From positions 38,493-102,492 of the forward strand of contig CAZHOE010000001.1 of assembly GCA_964534445.1 (NCBI GenBank): 64,000 nucleotides of DNA. The letters are read 5' to 3'. Positions within the stretch are counted from its first letter, which is position 1; each line of letters begins with the position of its first letter. The position numbers were made by a program, and so were the translations under genes. Below are positions 28,709 to 37,599 of this stretch, piece after piece. The DNA comes from an uncultured Micavibrio sp. (GTDB taxonomy: Bacteria; Pseudomonadota; Alphaproteobacteria; Micavibrionales; UBA2020). The notes below the pieces were generated by a model. That model was not told where the DNA came from. It was given only the letters and a program-made list of their open reading frames with translations, and searched no databases.

Positions 28709-29114
28709 TCCTTATGATGCAGCTACGTCGGCGTATGGCATGGCGCAGAGTCGATCAATGTCAAAGATTGATATTCTGTTGTCATTGTACAGAGGGTTAT
28801 TGCGATACATTGATCTGGCAACGGAAGCGCATCAAAGAAAAAATAATGGAGAAGTCGTAGGCTACGTCGATAAAGCGATCTCTGTACTGATTGCTTTACA
28901 GTCGAGTATAGATCACGATATCGGCGGCAAATATGCACGGGATCTTGATACCTTTTACACTGGCGCATACATCAGGCTACGTCGCGCGGCCTCTGTTGGT
29001 GGTGATACAGAAACAGAGCTACGTTACGTCTACAAAAATGTACGTGATATATACAATCATTGGCATAGGTTATCTTCGCAACATCCCGAACTTTTTTCTT
29101 CTCTCAATCAATAA
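28692..29114 (+). CDS. fliS: flagellin export chaperone FliS
   Basis: NPYDAATSAYG..IDILLSLYRGLLRYIDLA. Overlaps the fliD stop. Confidence 0.85.
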   Translation: MMMTTNPYDAATSAYGMAQSRSMSKIDILLSLYRGLLRYIDLATEAHQRKNNGEVVGYVDKAISVLIALQSSIDHDIGGKYARDLDTFYTGAYIRLRRAASVGGDTETELRYVYKNVRDIYNHWHRLSSQHPELFSSLNQ

Positions 29115-29189
29115 TAATTCACTTTATCTGGTATATTTTTTGCATGTATATCCTTTATAATAAGGAAGTTTTTTCCTTTTGAGGGTAGA

Positions 29190-29867
29190 ATGGGCATGCA
29201 AGAAAACTCACAAGAATACGCCGAATGGGAAGACGAGAAATTGATAGCTTTAGTCTCCAGTGGAGATCACAAAGCATATCAGATCATTGTTAAACGCTAC
29301 CTGCCCAAATTGTGGCGATTTGCTTCCAACGTTTTGCGCAATGGTGAAGAGGCAGAGGACGTTGTGCAGGAGGTTTTGCTCTCCTTTTGGAAAAATAAAG
29401 AGAAGTGGGACAGTAATGGCCCGGCAAAATTTTCCACCTGGATATACAGGATCACCCTGAACCGTTGTATCGATGTTAAACGAAAAAAACAAAACACAGG
29501 CGTGCATGTCGAGCTGCAACCTGAACTTTTAGAGTCTAGCGATCCTCGGCCGGATAGTGGGATCGAATATCAGCAAAAGCGCTATGGCCTACTAAATCTT
29601 CTGAAGGATTTGTCAGAAAACCAGAGAATTGCGCTTCTCCTTTACTATTATGAAGATTTAAGCATAATTGAGATATCCCTTAGAATGAGGGTGACAGAGC
29701 AGTCTGTCCGGTCTTTGTTAAAAAGAGCCAGAAAAACGCTACGAGAGAAACTTGAGGGTGAAGCTTGCCATGACAATGCAGGAGCTATTGGAGGCATTGG
29801 AGACATACGGCGCGGACATGCGCCGCTGGCCGGAAGAGTTGATACAGCCAGCGAAGACGCTGATTGA
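29190..29867 (+). CDS. ECF-type sigma-70 family sigma factor
   Basis: Region 2 (DVVQEVLLSFW..FSTWIYRITLNRCIDVKRK) and region 4 (LSENQRIALLLYYYEDLSIIEIS..LKRARKTLREKL). The 3' end overlaps the next ORF by 98 nt. Confidence 0.8.
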   Translation: MGMQENSQEYAEWEDEKLIALVSSGDHKAYQIIVKRYLPKLWRFASNVLRNGEEAEDVVQEVLLSFWKNKEKWDSNGPAKFSTWIYRITLNRCIDVKRKKQNTGVHVELQPELLESSDPRPDSGIEYQQKRYGLLNLLKDLSENQRIALLLYYYEDLSIIEISLRMRVTEQSVRSLLKRARKTLREKLEGEACHDNAGAIGGIGDIRRGHAPLAGRVDTASEDAD

Positions 29868-29997
29868 TAAGTCTGAAGAAGCGCGAAAGGCTTTTGTATC
29901 TTTTCAAAATGTAGATGCGCTTTTCTCCGTGGATAAAACTGCAGAAGTTCCGGAAGGATTGCTCCAAGACATCCTTCAAAAATCAAAAAAAGATTAA
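29770..29997 (+). CDS. small 75-aa protein, possible anti-sigma partner
   Basis: Position after the ECF sigma gene. MTMQELLEALETYGADMRRWPEE... No TM segment. Confidence 0.3.
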   Translation: MTMQELLEALETYGADMRRWPEELIQPAKTLIDKSEEARKAFVSFQNVDALFSVDKTAEVPEGLLQDILQKSKKD

Positions 29998-29998
29998 T

Positions 29999-30466
29999 TT
30001 ACGCAATCAGTAGATTGTTTAAGGTACGGCGTGCGATGCGCAGTAGTTCTTGTGCGGCATTTGGTTCTATTTGCAGCGTTTCTGCGATTTCACCTATATT
30101 CATTTCTTCATAGTAATAGAGCGCAAGGGCGATTGCTTGATCTGTGGGGAGCTGGGCAAGAGCAGCAAGGGCATCTGTATTTTCAGCCTCTGTGTCGAAT
30201 GTTTTTTTGCAGGCGCGTATCAGAAATTCGTATAGCAGACGTAATTTTCTTTGTTCTTCGGAATCAATGATCTTGTTGCAGGCTCGGGCGTGGGTAAATA
30301 CTTTGTGGCAAAGGGTTTCTGCGCTTTCGGGGCTGTTGGTGAGCGATAAGCATATACGCCATATTTTTCCGATATATTGCTCCGCCCACATGACGTATGG
30401 TTGCAGACTTTCCGGCATTATTTTTTTGTGGCCATGTTTAGTTTGGCTGAGTTCTGTTTTTTTCAT
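29999..30466 (-). CDS. short, degenerate ECF-sigma-like protein (155 aa)
   Basis: Clear region 4 (LPTDQAIALALYYYEEMNIGEIAETLQIEPNAAQELLRIARRTL) but weak region 2. Confidence 0.55.
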   Translation of the reverse strand: MKKTELSQTKHGHKKIMPESLQPYVMWAEQYIGKIWRICLSLTNSPESAETLCHKVFTHARACNKIIDSEEQRKLRLLYEFLIRACKKTFDTEAENTDALAALAQLPTDQAIALALYYYEEMNIGEIAETLQIEPNAAQELLRIARRTLNNLLIA

Positions 30467-30651
30467 ATTTTCTTCTGCTGGGGCGGGAACCTTCGATTAT
30501 GTACCAGCTTTTTTAGCTACAAGGGCAAAAGGTAATTTCTTAGTCAGATGACAGTGACAACTAGCTGAATGAGCAAACCCTGAGAAAGCCAGCCAATGCG
30601 GGGCGGATGAATATTCGATAGCACAAGGAGCAGGGTAGAGGCTCAGTACTT

Positions 30652-31215
30652 TTAAGGGAGGGGATGCTCAAATGGCGAACGTTGTTCCTTTAATCTTCTA
30701 CCAAATCTTTTTCGTTCTTCATCTGACATACCGCCGATTTTCTCCGCAGCCTTTTCCTGCATGTCCGTCCTAACGGCATTCATTACCTTGTCTATGTCTT
30801 CAAAATGCTTCAAAACTTGCTCTTTACTGACGCGCCCGGTCTCCAGCTTCGCTGCGAAATCTATTCGCGCCTTCTCGATTTTTTCAAATGTTTCTTCCAT
30901 TTCAGAAAACTTGTCTTTCATCTCCCGGGGAGAAAAAAGGTCGTCCGGACGAAACATCGGCGGCGGTGGCGGCATCGCACCGCTCTTCATAGGGAATTGT
31001 CCGTCAGGAACCATATATCCTGCTCCGTCCTTCAATTCAGGCGGGAATGAGAAGCGTGCATTAGGGCTATTATTTAGCATCATCTTACCCGGCGGGAAAT
31101 TAGAGGGAGGCAAGGGTGGCCCGGACATTTTCCCCATGAAAAATGCTACAAAGAAAATGTTAGCGCCCATGGAAATCAAAAGAGCGATATTTTTTAATGC
31201 GCTGTTCCCATCCAT
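30652..31215 (-). CDS. membrane-anchored periplasmic Pro-rich/coiled-coil protein (Spy/CpxP-like role possible)
   Basis: N-terminal TM anchor, PPPPPM tract and charged helical C-terminus. Third gene of the sigma/anti-sigma operon. The start could also be 31251. Confidence 0.45.
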   Translation of the reverse strand: MDGNSALKNIALLISMGANIFFVAFFMGKMSGPPLPPSNFPPGKMMLNNSPNARFSFPPELKDGAGYMVPDGQFPMKSGAMPPPPPMFRPDDLFSPREMKDKFSEMEETFEKIEKARIDFAAKLETGRVSKEQVLKHFEDIDKVMNAVRTDMQEKAAEKIGGMSDEERKRFGRRLKEQRSPFEHPLP

Positions 31216-31240
31216 ATGTCTATCTCCATACTTGCAAAAA

Positions 31241-31558
31241 TTACAGTTCAATGTTGTTCAGTGCGCGCGGGCCAAGAATAATGTGGTCAAGATAATATTC
31301 TTGTGATGAAACGCTTTGAGGTTTCATTTCAATAGAGTAATTCGGCCGTTCGCTGACAATGTTACCTAGACAGAATCCTATAGTTGCTATTACAGCGGCC
31401 GTAGCAACTCGATAGGCTGGAGAAAACAATACGTTTTCATTTGCACTCCTATGCTTTTTGTCTTGCTCTGCCCGAGCGACAATTTTTTCCACAAGGATTC
31501 TATCCACAGTGGTGTGAACTGCATAGTCGTCGAGTAGTTTATCGAGTTCATCTTTCAC
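31241..31558 (-). CDS. single-pass membrane protein, putative anti-sigma factor
   Basis: Overlaps the upstream ECF sigma stop by 11 nt. Central TM helix VATAAVIATIGFCLGNIV. Confidence 0.5.
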   Translation of the reverse strand: MKDELDKLLDDYAVHTTVDRILVEKIVARAEQDKKHRSANENVLFSPAYRVATAAVIATIGFCLGNIVSERPNYSIEMKPQSVSSQEYYLDHIILGPRALNNIEL

Positions 31559-32111
31559 TTTTTTTCTCCTTATCTCCTTCCAGCAAAGAACGGCGTAATA
31601 CTTTTCTTGCGTTAGACAGTAAATGATAAAAATAATCGTAATTAACGCCTATAATTTCCGCAGCTTCCTTTCCTTGTATCCCTTCATAGTAGCTTAGTAT
31701 GATAGCCGCACGCTGCGTTTTATGGAGGCTATCAAGCGCAATGCGAACTTGTTCTGCGCGCTGTTTATACATCACTCCATCTTCAGCGTTAAAGGTACTA
31801 TCTGGGTATGCCTCTAAGTCTACTGGAGTGAACTGCACCACTTTGCGTTTATAGTCGATGCAGCGATTATAAAGTACTCGATAGAGCCAAGTTGAAAACT
31901 GCGCTTTATCGGGCTTCCAATTTGGTGCCTCTTGCCAGATTTTGAAGCATACATCTTGAGCGATATCTTCTGCATCTTGGCGATTTCCAGTCATACGTTC
32001 GGCAAACCTTATACAATAAGGCAGGTGCTTGGTAACAAGCTGACGATATGCCTGCGTATCTTTCCTTGCTATACGCGCTATTAAATAGTGATCGTCGTCA
32101 GCCTGTGTCAA
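31548..32111 (-). CDS. ECF-type sigma-70 family sigma factor
   Basis: Region 2 (DIAQDVCFKIW..FSTWLYRVLYNRCIDYKRK) and region 4 (LHKTQRAAIILSYYEGIQGKEAAEIIG). Confidence 0.85.
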   Translation of the reverse strand: MTQADDDHYLIARIARKDTQAYRQLVTKHLPYCIRFAERMTGNRQDAEDIAQDVCFKIWQEAPNWKPDKAQFSTWLYRVLYNRCIDYKRKVVQFTPVDLEAYPDSTFNAEDGVMYKQRAEQVRIALDSLHKTQRAAIILSYYEGIQGKEAAEIIGVNYDYFYHLLSNARKVLRRSLLEGDKEKKSER

Positions 32112-32181
32112 AGACTTCCCCCATTCGGTGGCGTTAGCCTCTTATTTATTAAACGCGCGACTGAGTAAAATCTGATAATCA

Positions 32182-32832
32182 TTATTCGTTTTCAATTTCA
32201 ATAGGCATATTCTTGAAGCCACTTAGGGCTAGAAGCATTATCATGTTCACAAGAAAGGGCTTAGTTTTGTCTAAACTAGCCGACAAATCTGCGGGCAGTA
32301 GCGGAATGATCTTATGCGCCTGCCTGAGCATGGAGCATTGTGCAATAAGCCAGAAGGCAGCCCAGGCGACTTGATACTCAGGAGTATTATTGGGCAAAAA
32401 GGGGCGAATAACGTTCATCACTTTCATGTGACATTTTATAGGCCCTTCGGTTTCAATCTGCTCTATTAATCCCGTGGGATCAATCATTTCCCACGCAAGG
32501 AGTTTACGAAACTGTTGTTCGGGAAAAGTTTTCCCTTCGGGAGGGTTTAATAAATCTTCTATTACCATCTTAAGGCGATCTTCCTTTGAAGAAATATTAT
32601 CGCCAACCTCATCTTCTACCTCATGAAACTGATTGAAAGCATTTCGGATAACTTCCAAATATAGAGCGTCCTTGCCCTTGAAATGATAGTTGACCGCGGC
32701 TTGATTAACATGGGCGCGCTGAACAATCGCCCGTATGGTTGTTTTCCCATAGCCTACTTCAGAGAAAATTTCGGTCGCAGCATTCATAAGCTTTTTTCGG
32801 GTCAAGTCACTTGAAGAGAGTTTCATGTCCAT
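32182..32832 (-). CDS. TetR-family transcriptional regulator
   Basis: HTH GYGKTTIRAIVQRAHVNQAAVNYHFKGKDALY. Start taken at MDMKLS. Confidence 0.85.
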   Translation of the reverse strand: MDMKLSSSDLTRKKLMNAATEIFSEVGYGKTTIRAIVQRAHVNQAAVNYHFKGKDALYLEVIRNAFNQFHEVEDEVGDNISSKEDRLKMVIEDLLNPPEGKTFPEQQFRKLLAWEMIDPTGLIEQIETEGPIKCHMKVMNVIRPFLPNNTPEYQVAWAAFWLIAQCSMLRQAHKIIPLLPADLSASLDKTKPFLVNMIMLLALSGFKNMPIEIENE

Positions 32833-33151
32833 ACTAGGTAATATTGGTATAAAAAAACTGCCTATTATTTTAACGTAGCAGGGCATGGATATCTGATATA
32901 AATCCTCAAATTTATTTTTTAAGGGAAAAATTTGCCTATGCGGCTGATATTACCGGGCAAAATAAAGATTTTCCGATCAAGAGTCGCCTTTATTTCTAGT
33001 TTTTGGATTAGCGCTCTCAAATTATTTTTAGCTATCAAAAGTAAAATTCACAATTAATTTCAATTGAATAGCCATTTAAAACTCAAAAGTCTCTTGCCCA
33101 AGTAATAAAAAATCATAAGCCATATAGTTTTTTGTATCAATGTTCGGCGAT

Positions 33152-33188
33152 CCAATTGTTTCAAACAATAGTTTGAAACAATAATTGG
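33152..33188. promoter_or_regulatory. large inverted repeat, candidate TetR operator
   Basis: TTGTTTCAAAC-aata-GTTTGAAACAA (11-bp perfect arms, 33156-33181), flanked by CCAA../..TTGG. Confidence 0.4.
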
Positions 33189-33286
33189 CGTTGTCTTTGC
33201 GAGAATGAAGCGTGCAGCCCAAAAGCTGGGGTGCCCACCTTTTTCTTAAAGGGGGAATGTTTACCACTGATAGAAAGGAGATAACT

Positions 33287-33973
33287 ATGACAAGCGTATC
33301 TGCATCTGGCGCAGGAAACGCCTCATTGATCCAGCAGATGCTGCAGCAAAGATTCCAGCAAGCTGATACCGACAGTAATGGCGGTCTTAGCCTAGCAGAA
33401 TTTCAAGCTGCAGCTCCGCAGGGGGCAGGGGATGCATCTGCATCCAGTAAAGCTCCCGATCCTTCCAAAATCTTTGAGAAAATGGACTCCAACGGAGATG
33501 GATCTGTTTCCCAAGATGAGTTCAAGACTGCCTTCGAGCAATTTAAGACAGAGTCTAAGGCTGCTCTGCTCAGCGCTCAAGAACAGTCTGGAATGGCTTC
33601 TCTTGATGAACTATTCGAAAATGCTGATACTGACGATGACGGCAGTATCAGTGAAGACGAGTTCAAAGCAGCAGCGCCTAAAGGCCCTCCTCCAGGGCCG
33701 CCTCCAGGTGCTAATGCAGAATCTCAAGAGACTTCCGACCTTTCTAGCCTCTTTGAGGCGATGGACGTTAATGCCGACGGGTTTGTCACTGAAGATGAAC
33801 TGATGGCTGCTTTGGAAAAACAAAGTGAAAGTAGCGGCGAGGCTTCAGAAGAGGATCAAAAAGATACAGCTCTTTTGAATGCCCTTAAGAAGGCATCCGA
33901 TCTCTATCAATCTCTGCTCCAGCAAAAAGAAGAAGCTTCACAGGAAGTTTCCACTGACGCGGTCTTCGCTTAA
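33287..33973 (+). CDS. four-EF-hand calcium-binding protein
   Basis: The ATG follows AAGGAG. Loops DTDSNGGLSLAEF, DSNGDGSVSQDEF, DTDDDGSISEDEF and DVNADGFVTEDEL. Confidence 0.85.
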   Translation: MTSVSASGAGNASLIQQMLQQRFQQADTDSNGGLSLAEFQAAAPQGAGDASASSKAPDPSKIFEKMDSNGDGSVSQDEFKTAFEQFKTESKAALLSAQEQSGMASLDELFENADTDDDGSISEDEFKAAAPKGPPPGPPPGANAESQETSDLSSLFEAMDVNADGFVTEDELMAALEKQSESSGEASEEDQKDTALLNALKKASDLYQSLLQQKEEASQEVSTDAVFA

Positions 33974-33988
33974 CGCCTTTAAACTAAG

Positions 33989-34020
33989 CAGGCAGGGCTC
34001 AGGCTCTGCCTGTTTTTTTT
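33989..34020 (+). terminator. intrinsic terminator after the EF-hand gene
   Basis: CAGGCAG/CTGCCTG stem followed by T8. Confidence 0.75.
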
Positions 34021-34082
34021 GTGGATTATTTCCGCGATAATTTTAGTGGTACTAGGTGAGGAGCGCACGTAACGCTGGTGAT

Positions 34083-34212
34083 TTGACGTCCGCTTTTTGA
34101 GTGTAGATTCCCTGCATTTTTCCCTGTTCTCAGCCGATTCTTGTCCAAGACGGGTTATCTACATACGGCCTGCACCACCATTTTTTCCCACTCGCCCGAT
34201 GGCGGGTTTTTT
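34083..34212 (+). ncRNA. candidate conserved intergenic RNA/regulatory module, copy B
   Basis: TTGACG-N15-TAGATT, then TTCCCTG x2 (34108, 34120), CAAGACGGGTTA (34146) and CCACCAT (34175), ending in a short GC hairpin plus T6 (34193-34212). Confidence 0.3.
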
Positions 34213-34292
34213 GATATAAGGGGCGGGTTTGCTTTATACAAGAGCCCCCTTGATTTAATCATAAATACAGAGAATTCGGTTTAAACGGTCAT

Positions 34293-34742
34293 ATGTCTAA
34301 TAAAGAAATCTACAAGCTCGACCGTAAAAAAGGCATTTATCTGAAGCAGACAGCCGCAAAAGGGCGCGGCGTATTTTGCGTCAGCGATATTGAAGAGGGG
34401 GAGATCATCGAGATGTCACCCGCCATCCTTCTGGACGATAAGGAAACGGTGCATGCCGATAAAACCATTTTGTATGATTACAAATTTAAGATCAGCACGC
34501 TTTCAAATAGCCAGCGCGCGCTGTTTCATATCGAAGACCCGAAGAAGAGCTGCTGCATTGTCATGGGGGTTATGTCCTTTTGTAACCATAGCGAAAATCC
34601 TAACGCGGATATTTTCTGGGAGGAAGATGAAGGCAGTATCTACCACTTTCTGGAAGCTACACGCCGGATTCCAAAAAACACCGAAATATGTACAAACTAT
34701 GGCAGGGGCTGGTTTGCAAAGCGCAAGCAAGTCCGCAAGTAA
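34293..34742 (+). CDS. SET-domain protein (putative lysine methyltransferase)
   Basis: GRGVFCVSDIEEGEII, FCNHSENPN and EICTNYG motifs in SET order. Confidence 0.8.
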   Translation: MSNKEIYKLDRKKGIYLKQTAAKGRGVFCVSDIEEGEIIEMSPAILLDDKETVHADKTILYDYKFKISTLSNSQRALFHIEDPKKSCCIVMGVMSFCNHSENPNADIFWEEDEGSIYHFLEATRRIPKNTEICTNYGRGWFAKRKQVRK

Positions 34743-34819
34743 AGATGACAACCCTCTCAAACGCTTGCGGTGCGGCGCTTGCGTCGCGGTGCGGTGACGA
34801 GGCGTATTTGAGGAGATAC

Positions 34820-36490
34820 TTACGACCAATTCTTCCGTTTCGAAGTGCGCCCAATGCCCGGATTAAAGCAGTTGCAGGGGTCTATTTCTTTGTAAAATTT
34901 TTGCAAGGCGGGTTTGGCGGTGTAGAGGTGGCCGACATTGTGCTCGGCGGGGTATTCGGCGCCTTTCTGATCCAGCAGATTGCACATGCTATGTTCGATT
35001 TTCCTGCAATCATAGCCTTTTTTGACGATGTAATCCTGATGGAAAACGTGACAGAAAAAATGCCCGTAATAAAGTTTGACGGCAATCTTTTGGTCAATAT
35101 CTGCGGGCAGCCTTTCGACCCAATCCGTCTCGTTGCGTTTTAAGGCGATATCGAGGGCAATGATATCCTCCACTTCTTTTGGATACAGCGCGCGATAGCG
35201 TACGGCGGCGGCAGCGGCGGCAAAGCGGTGCAGGAAGGCCTTCTTTGCCTCTGCCCCCTCGCATTCAAAGAAAGCGCCGCTGGCAGAACCTGCGAAAAAA
35301 TCTTTGAGAAAACCGCGCGTTTCCTCGACGCCTGCGCCGGCTGTTTTGAGCAGCAGGTGGTGTTCAAAGCGCGCGCGAAAATCCTTCATCCGTTTCGGCA
35401 GATGGGCGGGGAATAACCGCGCCAGCCCTTGCAAAAAACGGTCGGATAAATTGGCCGGCAGCAAGGCATCCAGTTTGCTCTTCAAGCTGAAGAAGAGGGG
35501 CATGCGATCTGTGCCCAGCAGGTGTAGAGCCAGAAAAACATCCTTGCCATAGGTTTCGGCTATATCGAAGGCATCGCGGTGCAGGTATTCGGCCGACACG
35601 GGCAGCGATTTAAAACGGGTCAGGACGTGACGGCGCACACGGGTCAAATCATCGGGATCGTTCGTGCCGATATAAAAGACTTTCGTTTGCTCTTCCTTCG
35701 GGAAGGTATCGAGCCGCGCGGCAAAAAGAATGACCTTGCCTGCACAGCCCGATGCTTCGTAAAGCCTGCGCGGGTCGGCATTAAAACGGGCAGGCGTATC
35801 GGCATCGACATCGCGGACATGGTTTTGATAGTCCGGGTCGGAGGCAAGACCCGCGGCGTCCTCAATATGGCTGTCGATGTGGTCGTGCGCCTCAAGACGC
35901 TTTAGCATTTCTTCAGGCGTGGTGCCAAGCGCGATCCCGAGATGATTGACAAGCCGCAGCGTGCCATCCGCCGTGACTTGTGCAAAAAGGCAAAGCTGCG
36001 TATAGGCTGGCCCCCGCTGCAGTAAAGCGCCCCCTGAATTATTGCAGATACCGCCGAAAACAGAGGCACCGATGCAGGAAGATCCGATCACCGAATGCGG
36101 TTCGCGCCCCAGTGGCGCAAGTGTTTTTTCCAGCCGGTCCAGCGTGGTGCCCGGAAAGCAGATGACTTGTTTGCCGTTTTGGATGACCTGTACTTTGTTC
36201 ATCCGCAGGGTACTGATGATGACGATATCGCGGTCGTAATCATCGCCATCCGGCGTTGATCCGCCGGTAAGGCCGGTATTGGCCGCTTGCATGATGACGA
36301 TTTTTTGCGCGGCGACGCAGGCTTTCAAAATCTGCCATTGCTCCAGCAGCGTGCCGGGTCTGGCGACTGCCAAAACCTTGCCGCGGCCAAACCTGTAACC
36401 GGTCGCATAGCGGCGTGTTTGGCTTTCTTTTGTCAGCACGTATTTATCGCCGATGAGGTTTTTGAGGGTATCAATAAAATCGGCGCTCAC
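34820..36490 (-). CDS. dld: quinone-dependent D-lactate dehydrogenase
   Basis: Long collinear similarity to E. coli Dld, e.g. IMQAANTGLTGGSTP, HSVIGSSCIGASVFGGICNNSGGALLQRGPAYT, YPAEHNVGHLY, NPGIGRTSKRKNW. Confidence 0.9.
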   Translation of the reverse strand: MSADFIDTLKNLIGDKYVLTKESQTRRYATGYRFGRGKVLAVARPGTLLEQWQILKACVAAQKIVIMQAANTGLTGGSTPDGDDYDRDIVIISTLRMNKVQVIQNGKQVICFPGTTLDRLEKTLAPLGREPHSVIGSSCIGASVFGGICNNSGGALLQRGPAYTQLCLFAQVTADGTLRLVNHLGIALGTTPEEMLKRLEAHDHIDSHIEDAAGLASDPDYQNHVRDVDADTPARFNADPRRLYEASGCAGKVILFAARLDTFPKEEQTKVFYIGTNDPDDLTRVRRHVLTRFKSLPVSAEYLHRDAFDIAETYGKDVFLALHLLGTDRMPLFFSLKSKLDALLPANLSDRFLQGLARLFPAHLPKRMKDFRARFEHHLLLKTAGAGVEETRGFLKDFFAGSASGAFFECEGAEAKKAFLHRFAAAAAAVRYRALYPKEVEDIIALDIALKRNETDWVERLPADIDQKIAVKLYYGHFFCHVFHQDYIVKKGYDCRKIEHSMCNLLDQKGAEYPAEHNVGHLYTAKPALQKFYKEIDPCNCFNPGIGRTSKRKNWS

Positions 36491-37486
36491 TTAAACCTCG
36501 TTTCCGACCTTGCGAGCGTGCAAGGGCTTATCGAGATTGACGCCGCGGGCAAGGCCTGCGGCCACCAGAATATTCCAGCCGGCCATCATTTGCAGGTAAG
36601 CATCGAACCCGCCGAGCACAGGAATTTTAATGGTGGGAAAGGGCGTGTCGAAAGAGGCAATCGCAATAACGCGAATACCTGCCTTTACCGACAGGATATC
36701 GCGGTATTTTTCGATTTCTTCCTGAAAGGGTTCGATCAGGATAAGGGTTTCATCCCGATGCATGACTTCCTCTATACCGTGCAGGGCATAGGTGCCTTCA
36801 AGGAAAACGCTTTTCTGGCGGGCAATTTCGTTCGTCTTGAGTGTGAGTTCTTCCGCGACGCCGTTATTGCGGCCGGCAAAATAGAGAAGCGGGGCGCCGG
36901 CGACCGCATCGATCATTTCCGGCGCCAGCGTGGCTGACAGAATTTCCGCGCAATAATCCGCCGCCTGATTTTGATGCTGCCATTCAGGACCGTTTAACAG
37001 AGATTGCAGGATGAGTGCCTGCTCGATAACGCTTTTTGTTGCGGCTATTGCTTTTTCAGCACCGCAAGACAAAAGGCGGCTGTCATCCGATAACGCGACA
37101 ACGGGGCTGCCCGCCGCTGCCGTGATGCTATAGCGGGGAATATCCGCCTGTTTTAGTTTTTCAAACAGGGAGACCAGTTCTCGCGTGCGTCCGCTGTTAC
37201 TGCTGCCAACGACGATGCAGTCGTCGAGATTATATTCTGCCGCCTGCCGCGCGCCTTCGGTAAAAATATGCCAGTCCATGTTTTGATGTCGTGCGCGGTC
37301 GATGGTGTTTTTCGCAGGGAAAATCCGGCTGGAGCCTTCGCCTGTCAGCAGCAGCCCTTTTTTGTTTTTGATGGCCGCTGACCAGTCCCGCGTTTGCGTG
37401 CTGTCAAAACGGCGCATTATGCCGGGTGTTTCCAGCATTTCATCAATCAGGGCATAGGGCGATCCGGATAACATGGCAGGCTCCAT
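36491..37486 (-). CDS. double-SIS sugar-phosphate isomerase/deaminase (GlmS-C / AgaS / FrlB-like)
   Basis: SIS signatures GEGSSRI, SNSGRTRE and AEKAIAATKS. The stop abuts the dld start. Confidence 0.8.
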   Translation of the reverse strand: MEPAMLSGSPYALIDEMLETPGIMRRFDSTQTRDWSAAIKNKKGLLLTGEGSSRIFPAKNTIDRARHQNMDWHIFTEGARQAAEYNLDDCIVVGSSNSGRTRELVSLFEKLKQADIPRYSITAAAGSPVVALSDDSRLLSCGAEKAIAATKSVIEQALILQSLLNGPEWQHQNQAADYCAEILSATLAPEMIDAVAGAPLLYFAGRNNGVAEELTLKTNEIARQKSVFLEGTYALHGIEEVMHRDETLILIEPFQEEIEKYRDILSVKAGIRVIAIASFDTPFPTIKIPVLGGFDAYLQMMAGWNILVAAGLARGVNLDKPLHARKVGNEV

Positions 37487-37599
37487 TTCTATCGGGATTT
37501 TACGGGTTTAGAGCGGGGAACGCAAAGGACTGTTTTCATGTCCCGTCTTGGAGTAATCTGGGGGAGGCTTATATGGTCGGTTTACCTTGGGTTCTGTAA

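Noticed and set aside
34146-34183. The sequence ..GGCCTGCACCACCA looked like a tRNA 3' end or att-site remnant.
   Set aside because: No T-arm (GTTCGAATC-like) or other tRNA elements lie upstream. The CCACCAT block is shared with the copy at 6668, so it belongs to the repeated module.
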